Source: an uncultured cyanobacterium
GTDB taxonomy: Bacteria > Cyanobacteriota > Cyanobacteriia > Cyanobacteriales > CAWUOF01
Length of the DNA stretch: 64,000 nucleotides
Direction of reading: 5' to 3'
NCBI GenBank assembly: GCA_963744145.1
Contig: CAVUSO010000001.1
Span: 320,001 to 384,000, forward strand
Within the stretch, counting starts at the first letter, position 1. Each line of letters opens with the position of its first letter. A model generated the notes under the pieces. It saw only the letters and a program-made list of their open reading frames with translations, ran no database searches and had not been told where the DNA came from. Both the position numbers and the translations under genes were made by a program. This document shows, one piece after another, positions 53,040 to 62,499 of this stretch.

Positions 53040-54305
53040 CTAGGGCAGACTATTCCCATTCGGGCCAATCTGCTTCCCAGCAGTAGGCAATGTTGCCAGC
53101 CAAGCAGTATACTCAGCTTGTTCCTGGGCAGTTGTCAGCGACCCCGCTGCTGGTTGACTGGCTAAAGTAGTATAGGCTTTACCCACAATGTTATTGTCAT
53201 GTACCAGGTTCGCTGGTGCAGCAGTGCTTTTATCAACATAAATCGGGACTGTTTGCCCATCCCGATTAACCACAAAAGCATAATTGCCGTATAAGTAATT
53301 CTCTTGCCATTGTGGATTTTTGTAGAAATTCCAGTAACCAAAGGGAATACGCCATTGGGAATTGATTAGGATATTCCCGGGCGCATATTGAGCGGAGACA
53401 GCGCGATTATTGTAAAGACGCATATGGTGACCACCCGCAATGCCAGCGCCGCTACCCGAGAAACTGATCAAACGATTATTGTAGGCACTAACATAGGCAC
53501 AATTCGGGTTATTGGAAGGACAGTCCCCCAGATTGATCATAGCACTAGTGGCACCAATATCAGCCTTCGGGTCACCGTAGTAATCCCCCTGGATATAATT
53601 GTCATGAATCAAAATCGGCGCATTAGAGGTGCCACCACTCTCATAAGTGCTAATCAAATCCTCACCTTTACTCTTGTAGGGCTGATTGATGATTTCATTC
53701 CAGGCAATCTCAGCACTAGCCTGGTGGATCGAGTTCAATCCGATCGCCTGACCATTGGTATCCTGGACGATCTGGTATCCACCTTTGCCATCACTCAGAC
53801 GTCCATCAATGTTATGTATCCGATTGAAACGTACAATTACGCTTTGACCAGATGCCGGGAAACCCGTACCGTAATTCAAAGCCCGCAGTCCGCAACGATA
53901 GTCTTGAATCCAGTTGTTTTCTACAGTCACACTTTGAAAGTTGCCAGTATCTATAAAGCAACCTTTAGTCTGACCGGCTACATTGGGATTCAGACCAAAC
54001 CCGTAGCTTTGTTGTACAGTCAATTTGGCATTATTGACATACGCACTGATGCCATTACCCTTGGAACGGATGGAACTATTGACAATTATCACCGGGTCAG
54101 TAGTCTGAATGGTTACTGCGGGAGTATTGGGATCGTTGCTTTCCCAATTACCCGAATAGGTGCCACCCTTAGTGATGGTAATCGGCTTGGAATAGGCTGC
54201 TTGAGTTATTGGTACTGGAACTAGATCCGGCGCAGCTAATACCTCGGAGATACCAATACTGCCAAAATACAATAGGAAACAGAGGACGTTTTTGATCAAT
54301 TTCAT
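53040..54305 (-). CDS. Secreted right-handed beta-helix (pectin lyase-like) protein
   Basis: Signal peptide ending VLA-A; PITITKGGTYSGNWES; repeated VENNWI/VRFNRI/IAWNEI/IHDNYI strands; GC visibly higher than the neighbours. Confidence 0.7.
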   Translation of the reverse strand: MKLIKNVLCFLLYFGSIGISEVLAAPDLVPVPITQAAYSKPITITKGGTYSGNWESNDPNTPAVTIQTTDPVIIVNSSIRSKGNGISAYVNNAKLTVQQSYGFGLNPNVAGQTKGCFIDTGNFQSVTVENNWIQDYRCGLRALNYGTGFPASGQSVIVRFNRIHNIDGRLSDGKGGYQIVQDTNGQAIGLNSIHQASAEIAWNEIINQPYKSKGEDLISTYESGGTSNAPILIHDNYIQGDYYGDPKADIGATSAMINLGDCPSNNPNCAYVSAYNNRLISFSGSGAGIAGGHHMRLYNNRAVSAQYAPGNILINSQWRIPFGYWNFYKNPQWQENYLYGNYAFVVNRDGQTVPIYVDKSTAAPANLVHDNNIVGKAYTTLASQPAAGSLTTAQEQAEYTAWLATLPTAGKQIGPNGNSLP

Positions 54306-54441
54306 GGGACTACAAAGTTATAAGACCAACGAAGGATGAGGCTAGATCATATCTTACCTAACTAAATACTCAGTTTACAATTTTTTTACCCAGAGGGATT
54401 ATTCTTAGGCCAATCTTAAAGGAAGCGATCGCGAGAGACCC

Positions 54442-55956
54442 TCAATTTTGCTTGTGTAATTGCTTAAACACCAAGACCCCGCAGCCCAATCCAGTAAAAG
54501 CAATTAGAATCGCTAACCACCATGCGATCCCATTAGCAACGGTGAAACCTTGGATATTGATGCCCAGAAAAGTAAATAAAAGTAAGGGAATACCTAGTAA
54601 ACTGGCAAACAAAGTGAATCTTTCCCTTACTTGTCGAATGGTGATTTCTACTTGACGGATACTTTGGAGTTGTAAAGTTTGATTTTCTGTAGTCAGTCGC
54701 TCCGATCGCTGATGCAGAAAATAATTTTGCATTTCCCGGACTTGGTCAGAAACTTTCTGATATAATTGTTCTAATTGAAAAATTTCTTGCCATTTACCAT
54801 AGCAACGATGGTCAAGCGATCGCTGCATCACTTGGTCAAAATATCCTTGGGCAGTAAACAGAAATAAGCGATCGCGAAGCTCGGCAAAATTAGCTTCGCG
54901 TTGAGTTTCCCGATTAGACTCTGAATCAATTAGCCAATTTTGGGCGATCGCGGTTAACAAAGACATCAAAGTAAAGCGCTGGTGCAAGGTCAATAAAAAT
55001 AATAAAAAGTATTCTTCGCGGTGACGATCGGGCAAAATTTCTCGGAAAAAATCGGTTTCTGGTGCATCAGCTGCTAAAAATGCCCCACCATCTAAGGTAA
55101 ACATAAACCATTGTTTTTCTGCGTATGGTAACAAATGGGGATTATTTTGTTCCCAATTTCCCAGGGGAGGATTATTACCGAGATCAATTTCTAAGAAATT
55201 ACTAAGTTTGTAAACTAAATAAGGGATTTGCTCGGTGGGAATTAAATCTACAAATAAAGCTGTAAAAGGCAGTAATTGTCCTGGTACAGAAACATCTTGC
55301 CACCATTTTTTAGAGTTAGAATCTATCGCACCTGTTGCTAACAAAACTTGTAAAATTTCCGCCAATTCACCCCTAGCATCAGGATGTTCAGTTATCCCAC
55401 CAACATATTCTGGAAAAAAGGGAGAAAAGAGAGTTTCTTGAGTTTGGGGATCTATTCCAGTGCGTTTTTGTGATTGCAATTTAACATCCTGCTGTCCCTG
55501 GATCAAGCGAAAATAATGGAGAAAATTGAGCCAATTATTAACATTGCTACTTTTGGGATGTGCGAGGATAGTGATAAAACCTACCCCTGTTTTAAACAAA
55601 GCTAATTGAACTGCGGTGCTACCTTCTCCCGGTTCACCAAAGCAAAAAGGAATTTTTCCTTGGGGTGAGAGTAAATCCCAATCAGCTCGGAACCCAAACG
55701 CATCGCGCAGAGCATTGTTAATTTTCCACAGTCTGACATGATCAGTGGAGTTAAGATAGTTGGAAACTTGAGCAATTAAGTCATCTTGCCGAAATTTTTG
55801 CTCGTCCCATACCTTGAACTGTTTTTCTTTAACTGATAATTGGGCATTTTCTAGAGCTTGAGTATGAGCTGCAAATTCTTTGGTGTTAAATAAGAAGGGA
55901 TAGACAAAATAGGCAAATGATGCTTGTTTGTCTACAATAGCTTCGGCAAATTTCAC
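54442..55956 (-). CDS. Hypothetical membrane protein with CorA-like topology (long helix plus two C-terminal TMs)
   Basis: GTG start; coiled region followed by two TMs with a GIN motif (FLGINI) at the end of TM1. Confidence 0.6.
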   Translation of the reverse strand: MKFAEAIVDKQASFAYFVYPFLFNTKEFAAHTQALENAQLSVKEKQFKVWDEQKFRQDDLIAQVSNYLNSTDHVRLWKINNALRDAFGFRADWDLLSPQGKIPFCFGEPGEGSTAVQLALFKTGVGFITILAHPKSSNVNNWLNFLHYFRLIQGQQDVKLQSQKRTGIDPQTQETLFSPFFPEYVGGITEHPDARGELAEILQVLLATGAIDSNSKKWWQDVSVPGQLLPFTALFVDLIPTEQIPYLVYKLSNFLEIDLGNNPPLGNWEQNNPHLLPYAEKQWFMFTLDGGAFLAADAPETDFFREILPDRHREEYFLLFLLTLHQRFTLMSLLTAIAQNWLIDSESNRETQREANFAELRDRLFLFTAQGYFDQVMQRSLDHRCYGKWQEIFQLEQLYQKVSDQVREMQNYFLHQRSERLTTENQTLQLQSIRQVEITIRQVRERFTLFASLLGIPLLLFTFLGINIQGFTVANGIAWWLAILIAFTGLGCGVLVFKQLHKQN

Positions 55957-56005
55957 TTAAGTTATCTCCTTAGCAGTTTTTTGTCCCTTCTAGTTTATCA
56001 AGATC

Positions 56006-56620
56006 CTAGTAACTAATTTCACTATCAACAAAGTCAATATTTTCGTACAGGAGCGAGAGGGGAAATTTTAGGTCTATACTGGTGATGTGAATTAATGGAT
56101 CGTTTTGAGCAAATTCGGTCGGCTCGATCGCTATTGGTGTATATTGCCAAACCTGATCTCTACGGTTTTGATAAATCTCAATTTTGGGGTAATCTGGAGT
56201 AATGAGAATATAGGTTTGGAGGGTATCAAGAAGCATATAATTTTGTTGTTTAATGTTGCGATCGCGCATTTCAGTAGATGGAGAAATTACTTCAGCAATC
56301 AAGCAGGGATATTGCAAAAAATCCCGAGCATTGCGATCGCGATCGTCACAACTAACCACTACATCGGGATAGTAATATTTGCCTTTTGGTATGCTAACTT
56401 TTGCATCATTGACAGCAACTTTGCAACCTTTACCGCGTAGATGAGGAATTAGAATTGCGGAAAAGTTTGCTGGAATTTGGCTGTGAGGAACAGTTCCACC
56501 TGTCATGGCAATAATTTTGCCGTTTTCATACTCATATCTAATATCTTGCTCAGATTCCCAAGCGAGATATTCTGCGGGTGACATGGTGATCGGATGAACG
56601 CTTTGTGTTTGGGCAATCAT
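56006..56620 (-). CDS. Uma2-family (DUF820) endonuclease
   Basis: EYLAWE..YEYENG.IIAMTGGT..H, YYPDVVV, IAEVISPST..DR..K. Confidence 0.9.
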   Translation of the reverse strand: MIAQTQSVHPITMSPAEYLAWESEQDIRYEYENGKIIAMTGGTVPHSQIPANFSAILIPHLRGKGCKVAVNDAKVSIPKGKYYYPDVVVSCDDRDRNARDFLQYPCLIAEVISPSTEMRDRNIKQQNYMLLDTLQTYILITPDYPKIEIYQNRRDQVWQYTPIAIEPTEFAQNDPLIHITSIDLKFPLSLLYENIDFVDSEISY

Positions 56621-56711
56621 GAAATTAACCTCCTCAATTTACAATACTAAACTTTTTTTATAAACTAGTAATCTATCAACCCAAGTTTCTCCTGTATTGG
56701 GAATAACTAAT

Positions 56712-57305
56712 TTAGCGATCGGCAAAGTTAATATTTTCGTACAGGAGCGAGAGGGGAAATTTTAGGTCTATACTGGTGATGTGAATTAATGGATCGTTTT
56801 GAGCAAATTCGGTCGGCTCGATCGCTATTGGTGTATATTGCCAAACCTGATCTATACAGCGTTGGTAAATCTCTATTATAGGAGCATCTGGAGTAATGAT
56901 AATATAGGTTTGGAGGGTATCAATAAACAGATAATTTTGTTGTTTAATGCTGCGATCGCGTATTTCAGTAGATGGAGAAATTACTTCGGCAATCAAGCAA
57001 GGATATTGCAAAAAGTCCTGGGCATTGCGATCGCGATCGTCACAACTAACAACTACATCAGGATAATAATATACTCCGGTTTTTGTCATCAGTTTAGCAT
57101 CGCTACCGAGAATGCGATATCCTTTACCGCGCAAATGATTTCTCAATAAGGAAATAAACATCAGAGTAATTTCATTGTGATTCAGCGTTCCTCCTGTCAT
57201 TTCAATAATTTCTCCATGTTCGTACTCATATTTGCCATCCTGTTGTGTTTCCCACAGCAAATATTCTTCGGGAGACATAACCTCAGTTTTTACTATAGCA
57301 ACCAT
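56712..57305 (-). CDS. Uma2-family endonuclease (tandem paralog)
   Basis: Same motifs; C-terminal half almost identical to 56006..56620. Confidence 0.9.
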   Translation of the reverse strand: MVAIVKTEVMSPEEYLLWETQQDGKYEYEHGEIIEMTGGTLNHNEITLMFISLLRNHLRGKGYRILGSDAKLMTKTGVYYYPDVVVSCDDRDRNAQDFLQYPCLIAEVISPSTEIRDRSIKQQNYLFIDTLQTYIIITPDAPIIEIYQRCIDQVWQYTPIAIEPTEFAQNDPLIHITSIDLKFPLSLLYENINFADR

Positions 57306-57451
57306 AGGAACCTCCTAATTTACAATCCTAAACCTTTTTTCCGAGCTAGCAATCCATCAACCCAACGTTTTTCATCGGTTCCCGTTGGATAGAGAGCTGA
57401 AAATGATTGGGATTTTGGACATCTAACCCAGATTTAGACTTTTCGGGTAGT

Positions 57452-57699
57452 TATACCAATTCACCATGAAGATACATTGATGTATATTGATCTGTGGGTG
57501 AGGGTGGGTTTTGATGATTAGTAGGTAAATCTCAAACATCTCGGTGAACCCACCCCTACAAAAACCCGCAAATAGAGGATAAACTTGGTAGGGGCAGGTT
57601 CACCAGTCAATTCTGTCACCAACAGATCACCATTATAAACCTGCCCTGACCTAACAGATCAACATCAAATTAAGTGCAATTTCATGGTTAATTGGTATT
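57452..57699. mobile_element. MITE of about 250 bp with internal REP-like hairpins
   Basis: Terminal inverted repeats ATACCAATTCACCATGAA / TTCATGGTTAATTGGTAT; internal GGGTGGGTT..AACCCACCC and GGGCAGGTT..AACCTGCCC. Confidence 0.7.
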
Positions 57700-57708
57700 A
57701 GTCATAGT

Positions 57709-58134
57709 TTAAGAGTTAGGGTCATCACTTCCCCAGATTGTCTGAATAACAGACAGCGCTCTAATTTTGCGATCTTTTGTTACTAAAGGCAAACCGAGAT
57801 ATAGAGCGGTCGCTGCAATAATGCGATCGCCCATTTCGGGAACCGTCAACCGAGGAATTTTAGCTAAAGTCCTAGCCACCAAAACATCCACTGGTATAAC
57901 TATTAACCCAACATCAGGATCAGCTAGGTATTGCACAAGCTGTTCTAAAGCAACTTCAGGAATCCTGTTTTTCTCAACTAGATAGGTTATTTCTACCATA
58001 GAGATTGCTGACAGGTAAATCGGATACCCATTATTAACCGCACTATTCAGAGCGATCGCAGCATCCAGTGATAATTTCTCTGGACTTTGGAAATACTAGA
58101 TAATCGCATGAGTATCAGCAACAACAGCACTCAT
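57709..58134 (-). pseudogene. PIN-domain (VapC-like) toxin with a nonsense codon at position 13
   Basis: MSAVVADTHAII*YFQSPEKLS...SAISMVEI...DRIIAATA..LVTKD; TAG at 58096-58098. Confidence 0.85.
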
Positions 58135-58370
58135 AGTTCAATATCCTTGGGAAAATTTCCCCACATCTCACGTCTTGTTTCAGCAAGTTCTTCTTCAGTA
58201 ATATTTATATCTAAATGTGCCCATATTCCTTCTAAACTCTTCCGAGGTCGTTTAACATTAATTCTAGTTTTCAAAAACTCCGCAAAATCCAAAAGTTCCT
58301 GTTGTTTTTCTGGTGGCAATACTTCTAATATTTCAACTACTGTCTGACTAATACTGGTAATCACAGTCAT
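58131..58370 (-). CDS. DUF2281-family antitoxin
   Basis: LPPEKQQELLDFAEFL..SLEGIWA..REMW; overlaps the PIN start; likely start MTVITS at 58370. Confidence 0.8.
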   Translation of the reverse strand: MTVITSISQTVVEILEVLPPEKQQELLDFAEFLKTRINVKRPRKSLEGIWAHLDINITEEELAETRREMWGNFPKDIEL

Positions 58371-58529
58371 TTTGTTAATCCTCCTTGGCTGATCAAATTT
58401 GATTTGCCCCAATTTGTTAATCATCAATCGAGGGAACAGGCGAGATATCCATTCCTTATTTAGATTGTAGCAACAAATCTAAATTTTCACCATTTAAGAT
58501 CCCAACCAGAATACTCATTAATTCTCTGA

Positions 58530-59012
58530 GATCATCAGGAACACGGTATAAATGCAAATCTTGCACTACAAAGTGAAAGAAATATAGATTACGCTCCTCT
58601 ACGTGAATTATTAGCTGCTGGTAAATGGAAAGATGCTGATTGGAAAACTTATGAGCTTGTACTTAAAGCTGCTAATCGTGAAAAAGAAAGATATCTCACT
58701 GGTGATGATTGGGTAAAATTTCCCTGTAAATATCTTCGCACTATAGATCAGTTATGGGTAAAATATTCTGATGGTCGTTTTGGTTTCAGCGTCCAAAAAC
58801 AAATATGGGAGAGTAAGGAAATTGGAGGATATCCCAAGGCTGGAAGTGCGATCAAGCGCAAATTGGGTGATAAAGTAGGGTGGAGAAAAGGAGGCAATTG
58901 GTTGAGCTATGATGACCTAACTTTTAACACCTCGGCTCCCGTGGGCCACCTTCCGTTGTTGGGGGGTTGGTGGGTTTGGGGGGGGTCTCTTCTCTCGCGC
59001 AAAGACTTGTAA
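58530..59012 (+). pseudogene. Start-less GUN4-like domain cassette (160 open codons), missed by the ORF track
   Basis: Frame is open from the TGA at 58527 to the TAA at 59010: ..LQSERNIDYAPLRELLAAGKWKDAD..IDQLWVKYSDGRFGFSVQKQIW..GHLPLLGGWWVWGGSLLSRKDL*; no in-frame ATG. Confidence 0.88.
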
Positions 59013-59116
59013 CCTGTAAGATATAACAATTTCAGGCCATTGTCAAGCTTATTTTTGGTACTAATTTCTACGCAAACATCGGCTTTTTCCAAACTCAATA
59101 CCTGGCACTGACCTAG
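58993..59116 (+). repeat. Conserved GUN4 3' element, copy 4
   Basis: TCTCGCGCAAAGACTTGTAACCTGTAAGATATAACAATTTCAGGCCATTGTCAAGCTTATTTTTGGTACTAATTTCTACGCAAACATC..AACTCAATACCTGGCAC. Confidence 0.88.
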
Positions 59117-59399
59117 CAACTGGCACGAGTCGTCCGGCGGGAGTCCGTCTAGTCCGTCTGATGTTAAAATAAAAAATCGCAAGATTAGGCCAGGTGAATA
59201 GAACAACTTAAACTAAGAATTATTAAAAAACTGTGCAGCGACTTTTGGGTCATAGCAATTAGCCATCACAAACTTTTCAGCCACTTGATGAATTTCAGAG
59301 TTAGTCGGTTCCGATCGCATTTTTCCCAGATTACCCATTAGAATAATAGCTTTCGCGATCGGACTTCACCGTTAAGGATATTTTGGGGATATCGGAATA

Positions 59400-59592
59400 G
59401 AAGAAGGGCGAAGCATTCGGATATAATATTAATCGATGTAAGTGATTAATTATCGCCCGAATGCTTCGCCCCTACATCCTATTGATCTGCAAGAAGAAGA
59501 AGGGCGAAGCATTCAGATATAATATTAACCGCCCTTCGACTACGCTCAGGGTAAAATGTAAGTGATAAATTTTCGCCCAAATGCTTCGCCCC
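59400..59592. repeat. Two tandem REP-like palindromes, one empty and one with a 24-nt insertion
   Basis: GAAGGGCGAAGCATTC...ATGCTTCGCCCC at 59400-59475 and 59496-59592. Confidence 0.85.
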
Positions 59593-59693
59593 TTAGAATA
59601 TGCTATTTTGAGTAGACAGCGATCTACAAGTTCTAGTCGAACTGGGTTTAAAGGCGATCGCTTTACCAAATTTTACCAAATTAGTCCAAATCA

Positions 59694-61547
59694 ATGCCAT
59701 ATTCCAAAAACCCAGAACGTATACCTACTATTGTTGAAGCACTAGAAAATCAATCCGTCGAACAATTAAAAAAACTGATCACTTATTTACCAACCACTCA
59801 AAAGGTTTCGCGTAAAGCTGAATTGGTTAATCTTGTTTCTAATTATTTGAATAATGAAACTAGCTTATACCAACTTTGGCAAAAACTTGATCAACTTCAA
59901 CAAGCAGCAGTAGCTGAAGTTGTTTATTCGTCACAAACCCAGTTTGATGCAATTAAGTTTAAGGCTAAATACAGACAATTACCTAATTTTGATAATTCCG
60001 ATCGATATAACTATAATAGTCAGCCCTCTCTACTCAGGTTATTCTTCTATAGCTATAACATTATTCCAGATGAGATGAAACTACTATTGAAAAAATTTGT
60101 TCCTCGTCCAGTCGATGTTAAACTCATCAGTGTTTCTGAACTTCCTCCCTTCATTAATCAGCGATCGGAAGAATATAATTCTACTACCAAACAATACGAG
60201 CAAAAAGTAACAGAAGTAACCTTAGTGCAACGAGAAATGGAACGTTCTGCACAACAGGATTTGATGGCAATATTGCGTTTAATTAATGCTGGTAAACTAA
60301 CCGTTAGCGATAAGACAAATCATCCTACCGCAGCTACAGTTAAAGCAATTACTGCTGTTCTTTCTGGTGGTGATTATTATATTGATAAAGAACCAGAAGA
60401 GCGTCCACCTTATCAAGAACCAATTGGTCCAATTAGAGCTTTTGCTTGGTCGTTAATTCTCCAAGCAGCAGGTTTAGCAGAATTAAGTGAAAAAAAGTTA
60501 CGTTTGACTAAAGCAGGTCAAAAAGCACTGGTTGATCCACCTGAAAAAACTCTCAAGCTAGCTTGGGAAAAATGGGTAAATAATAAAACTTTTGACGAAT
60601 TGCGTCGGATTGAAACAATTAAAGGACAAACAGGTAAGGGGAAACAAGGTTTAACTGTAACTAGCGAACGGAGACAAGCGATCGCGATTATTTTGAGAGA
60701 TTCGACCGTCAATTCTTGGGTAGAGGTGAATGATTTTTTGCGCTATCTGCTAGCGGTAGGATATAATTTTCAGATCACAAGGAATATAGAAAGTCTGTAT
60801 ATTTGTGATGCTCATTACGGTACTCTTTATGATCCAGATGCTGCTTGGAATATTCTCCAAGGTCGCTATATTCTCTGTCTGTTATTCGAGTATGCAGCTA
60901 CATTGGGAATGCTAGATGTTGCTTATGTTTCTCCGTCTGGTGCGCGTTATGATTATCAGGATTTCTGGGGAGCAGAGGAACTAGAATTTTTCAGTCGCTA
61001 TGATGGTTTGATGTATTTTCGATTAACTCCTTTGGGTGCTTACTGTTTGGGAGTTACTAATAATTATCAACCCGCACCAATAGAAGTACGTCCAGTTTTA
61101 CAGGTATTACCAAATTTGGAAATTACCCCGATCGCAGAGCCGTTAACTGGTGCAGATATGTTACTTTTAGATATCTATACTGAGAAAGTTTCTGATACTA
61201 CTTGGAAATTGCAGGATGGTAAATTGTTGAATGCGATCGCGGAAGGTAATAATATCTCAGTATTCCAAGAGTTTATTCAAGCTAAAAGTGGTAATCTTTT
61301 ACCAGAAACAGCGAGACAGTTTATAGCTGATATTAAAGCACGTAGTCACAGTTTAAAAGATAAAGGGACTGCTCGCATAATTGAGTGTAAAGATGCAGAT
61401 TTAGCTAGGTTAATTGCCAATAATCCACAAACTAAACCTTATTGTATGTTATTAGGAGAGCGTTGTTTAGTTGTCCCAACTACTTCTGAAATTAAGTTTC
61501 ACGATAATTTGATCAAATTAGGTTATAGCTTAGTCCGGTTTAGTTAA
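59694..61547 (+). CDS. Hypothetical protein (617 aa), probable C-terminal helicase-associated (XPB N-terminal-like) domain
   Basis: Long ORF; RLTPLG..LQVLPNLEI..F.QA.SG..LP pattern; domain call is from recall only. Confidence 0.55.
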   Translation: MPYSKNPERIPTIVEALENQSVEQLKKLITYLPTTQKVSRKAELVNLVSNYLNNETSLYQLWQKLDQLQQAAVAEVVYSSQTQFDAIKFKAKYRQLPNFDNSDRYNYNSQPSLLRLFFYSYNIIPDEMKLLLKKFVPRPVDVKLISVSELPPFINQRSEEYNSTTKQYEQKVTEVTLVQREMERSAQQDLMAILRLINAGKLTVSDKTNHPTAATVKAITAVLSGGDYYIDKEPEERPPYQEPIGPIRAFAWSLILQAAGLAELSEKKLRLTKAGQKALVDPPEKTLKLAWEKWVNNKTFDELRRIETIKGQTGKGKQGLTVTSERRQAIAIILRDSTVNSWVEVNDFLRYLLAVGYNFQITRNIESLYICDAHYGTLYDPDAAWNILQGRYILCLLFEYAATLGMLDVAYVSPSGARYDYQDFWGAEELEFFSRYDGLMYFRLTPLGAYCLGVTNNYQPAPIEVRPVLQVLPNLEITPIAEPLTGADMLLLDIYTEKVSDTTWKLQDGKLLNAIAEGNNISVFQEFIQAKSGNLLPETARQFIADIKARSHSLKDKGTARIIECKDADLARLIANNPQTKPYCMLLGERCLVVPTTSEIKFHDNLIKLGYSLVRFS

Positions 61548-62231
61548 GGATATTTGAGGAGCAGCGATCGCGATTACTCCATAGACAGAAATTCCAGCTT
61601 TAATGAGTGTTTCTGCTGCATAATTAACAGTTGTTCCTGTAGTATAAACATCATCAAGTAAGAGGATTGAGCGCTGAGGACGATGTTCCTTAAAAGGTTT
61701 TCCTAAAGCGAAAGCTCCCACTAGATTGTTTTCTCGTTCGGTTTTAGATTTACCAACTTGAGACTCAGTTGCTCGGACTTTTACTAAACCTTGGGGTGCT
61801 AAAGGTAAACCAACTAAATTGCAAAATCTTCTCCCAATTAATTCTGTTTGATTAAATCCTCTTTGTTTTTGTTTGCTAGCATGGAGAGGAATCGGTACTA
61901 CTATTAGTTTGGGATTGGTTTTAAAAGCAGGAGAATGGGGATTTTTACTCCAGGTTTGGGCTAAATATTCACCGATTAGATCAGCAATTTCGGGGTGATT
62001 TTCATATTTTAGAGCTGCGATCGCTCTTTTTAAAGCACCGTCATAGTTTCCCCAAATAAATACTGGTAATTTTCCTGACCAAGATTTACTAGGGTTAGAT
62101 TTTTGACAATGTTGAATTTGTTGTTGACAATATTTGCATAGCTGAGATTCGGTTGAGCGTTGACAAAGTGGACATTTTGATTTATAGATGATGTTTAAAC
62201 AATTGTTGAATATTTGTGCCCAGTTGCTCAT
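61530..62231 (-). CDS. comF: ComF-family phosphoribosyltransferase-like competence protein
   Basis: CPLC..LCKYC, VPIPLH..RGFNQ, LLDDVYTTGTT; likely start MSNWAQ at 62231. Confidence 0.88.
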   Translation of the reverse strand: MSNWAQIFNNCLNIIYKSKCPLCQRSTESQLCKYCQQQIQHCQKSNPSKSWSGKLPVFIWGNYDGALKRAIAALKYENHPEIADLIGEYLAQTWSKNPHSPAFKTNPKLIVVPIPLHASKQKQRGFNQTELIGRRFCNLVGLPLAPQGLVKVRATESQVGKSKTERENNLVGAFALGKPFKEHRPQRSILLLDDVYTTGTTVNYAAETLIKAGISVYGVIAIAAPQISLTKPD

Positions 62232-62332
62232 TTTGCTGACCTGATTTGGTGAGAACCTGGTAATTTTAGATGATCTAGTTCTGAACTTATACCAATTTTT
62301 TATGAGGGTGCGTACATGAGCAAATCTGTGGG

Positions 62333-62452
62333 TAAGTACCTGGACAAAAATAAACAGTGCCATACGAGGGTTGCGGAACTACCTCAAAACCTTGCGATTG
62401 CTTCGCTTCGCTCGCAATGACATACTTACGTTTATTTATGTCCGACTACTTA
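62333..62452. mobile_element. MITE of about 120 bp flanked by TA (IS630/Tc1-like ends)
   Basis: TA|AGTACCTGGACAAAAATAAAC ... GTTTATTTATGTCCGACTACT|TA imperfect terminal inverted repeats; internal GATTGCTTCGCTTCGCTCGCAATGAC repeat. Confidence 0.65.
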
Positions 62453-62499
62453 GCATAGTTACAATGATAATTTAATCTACTGAAGGATGATCTTATTTT

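Noticed and set aside
53388..54224. 278-aa + strand ORF
   Set aside because: Antisense shadow of the signal-peptide-bearing beta-helix gene; no recognisable motifs
58907..59206. 99-aa minus-strand ORF, and the similar short ORFs at 7841, 9698, 7271 and 59472
   Set aside because: They are antisense to GUN4 tips or run through repeats, with no protein-like features
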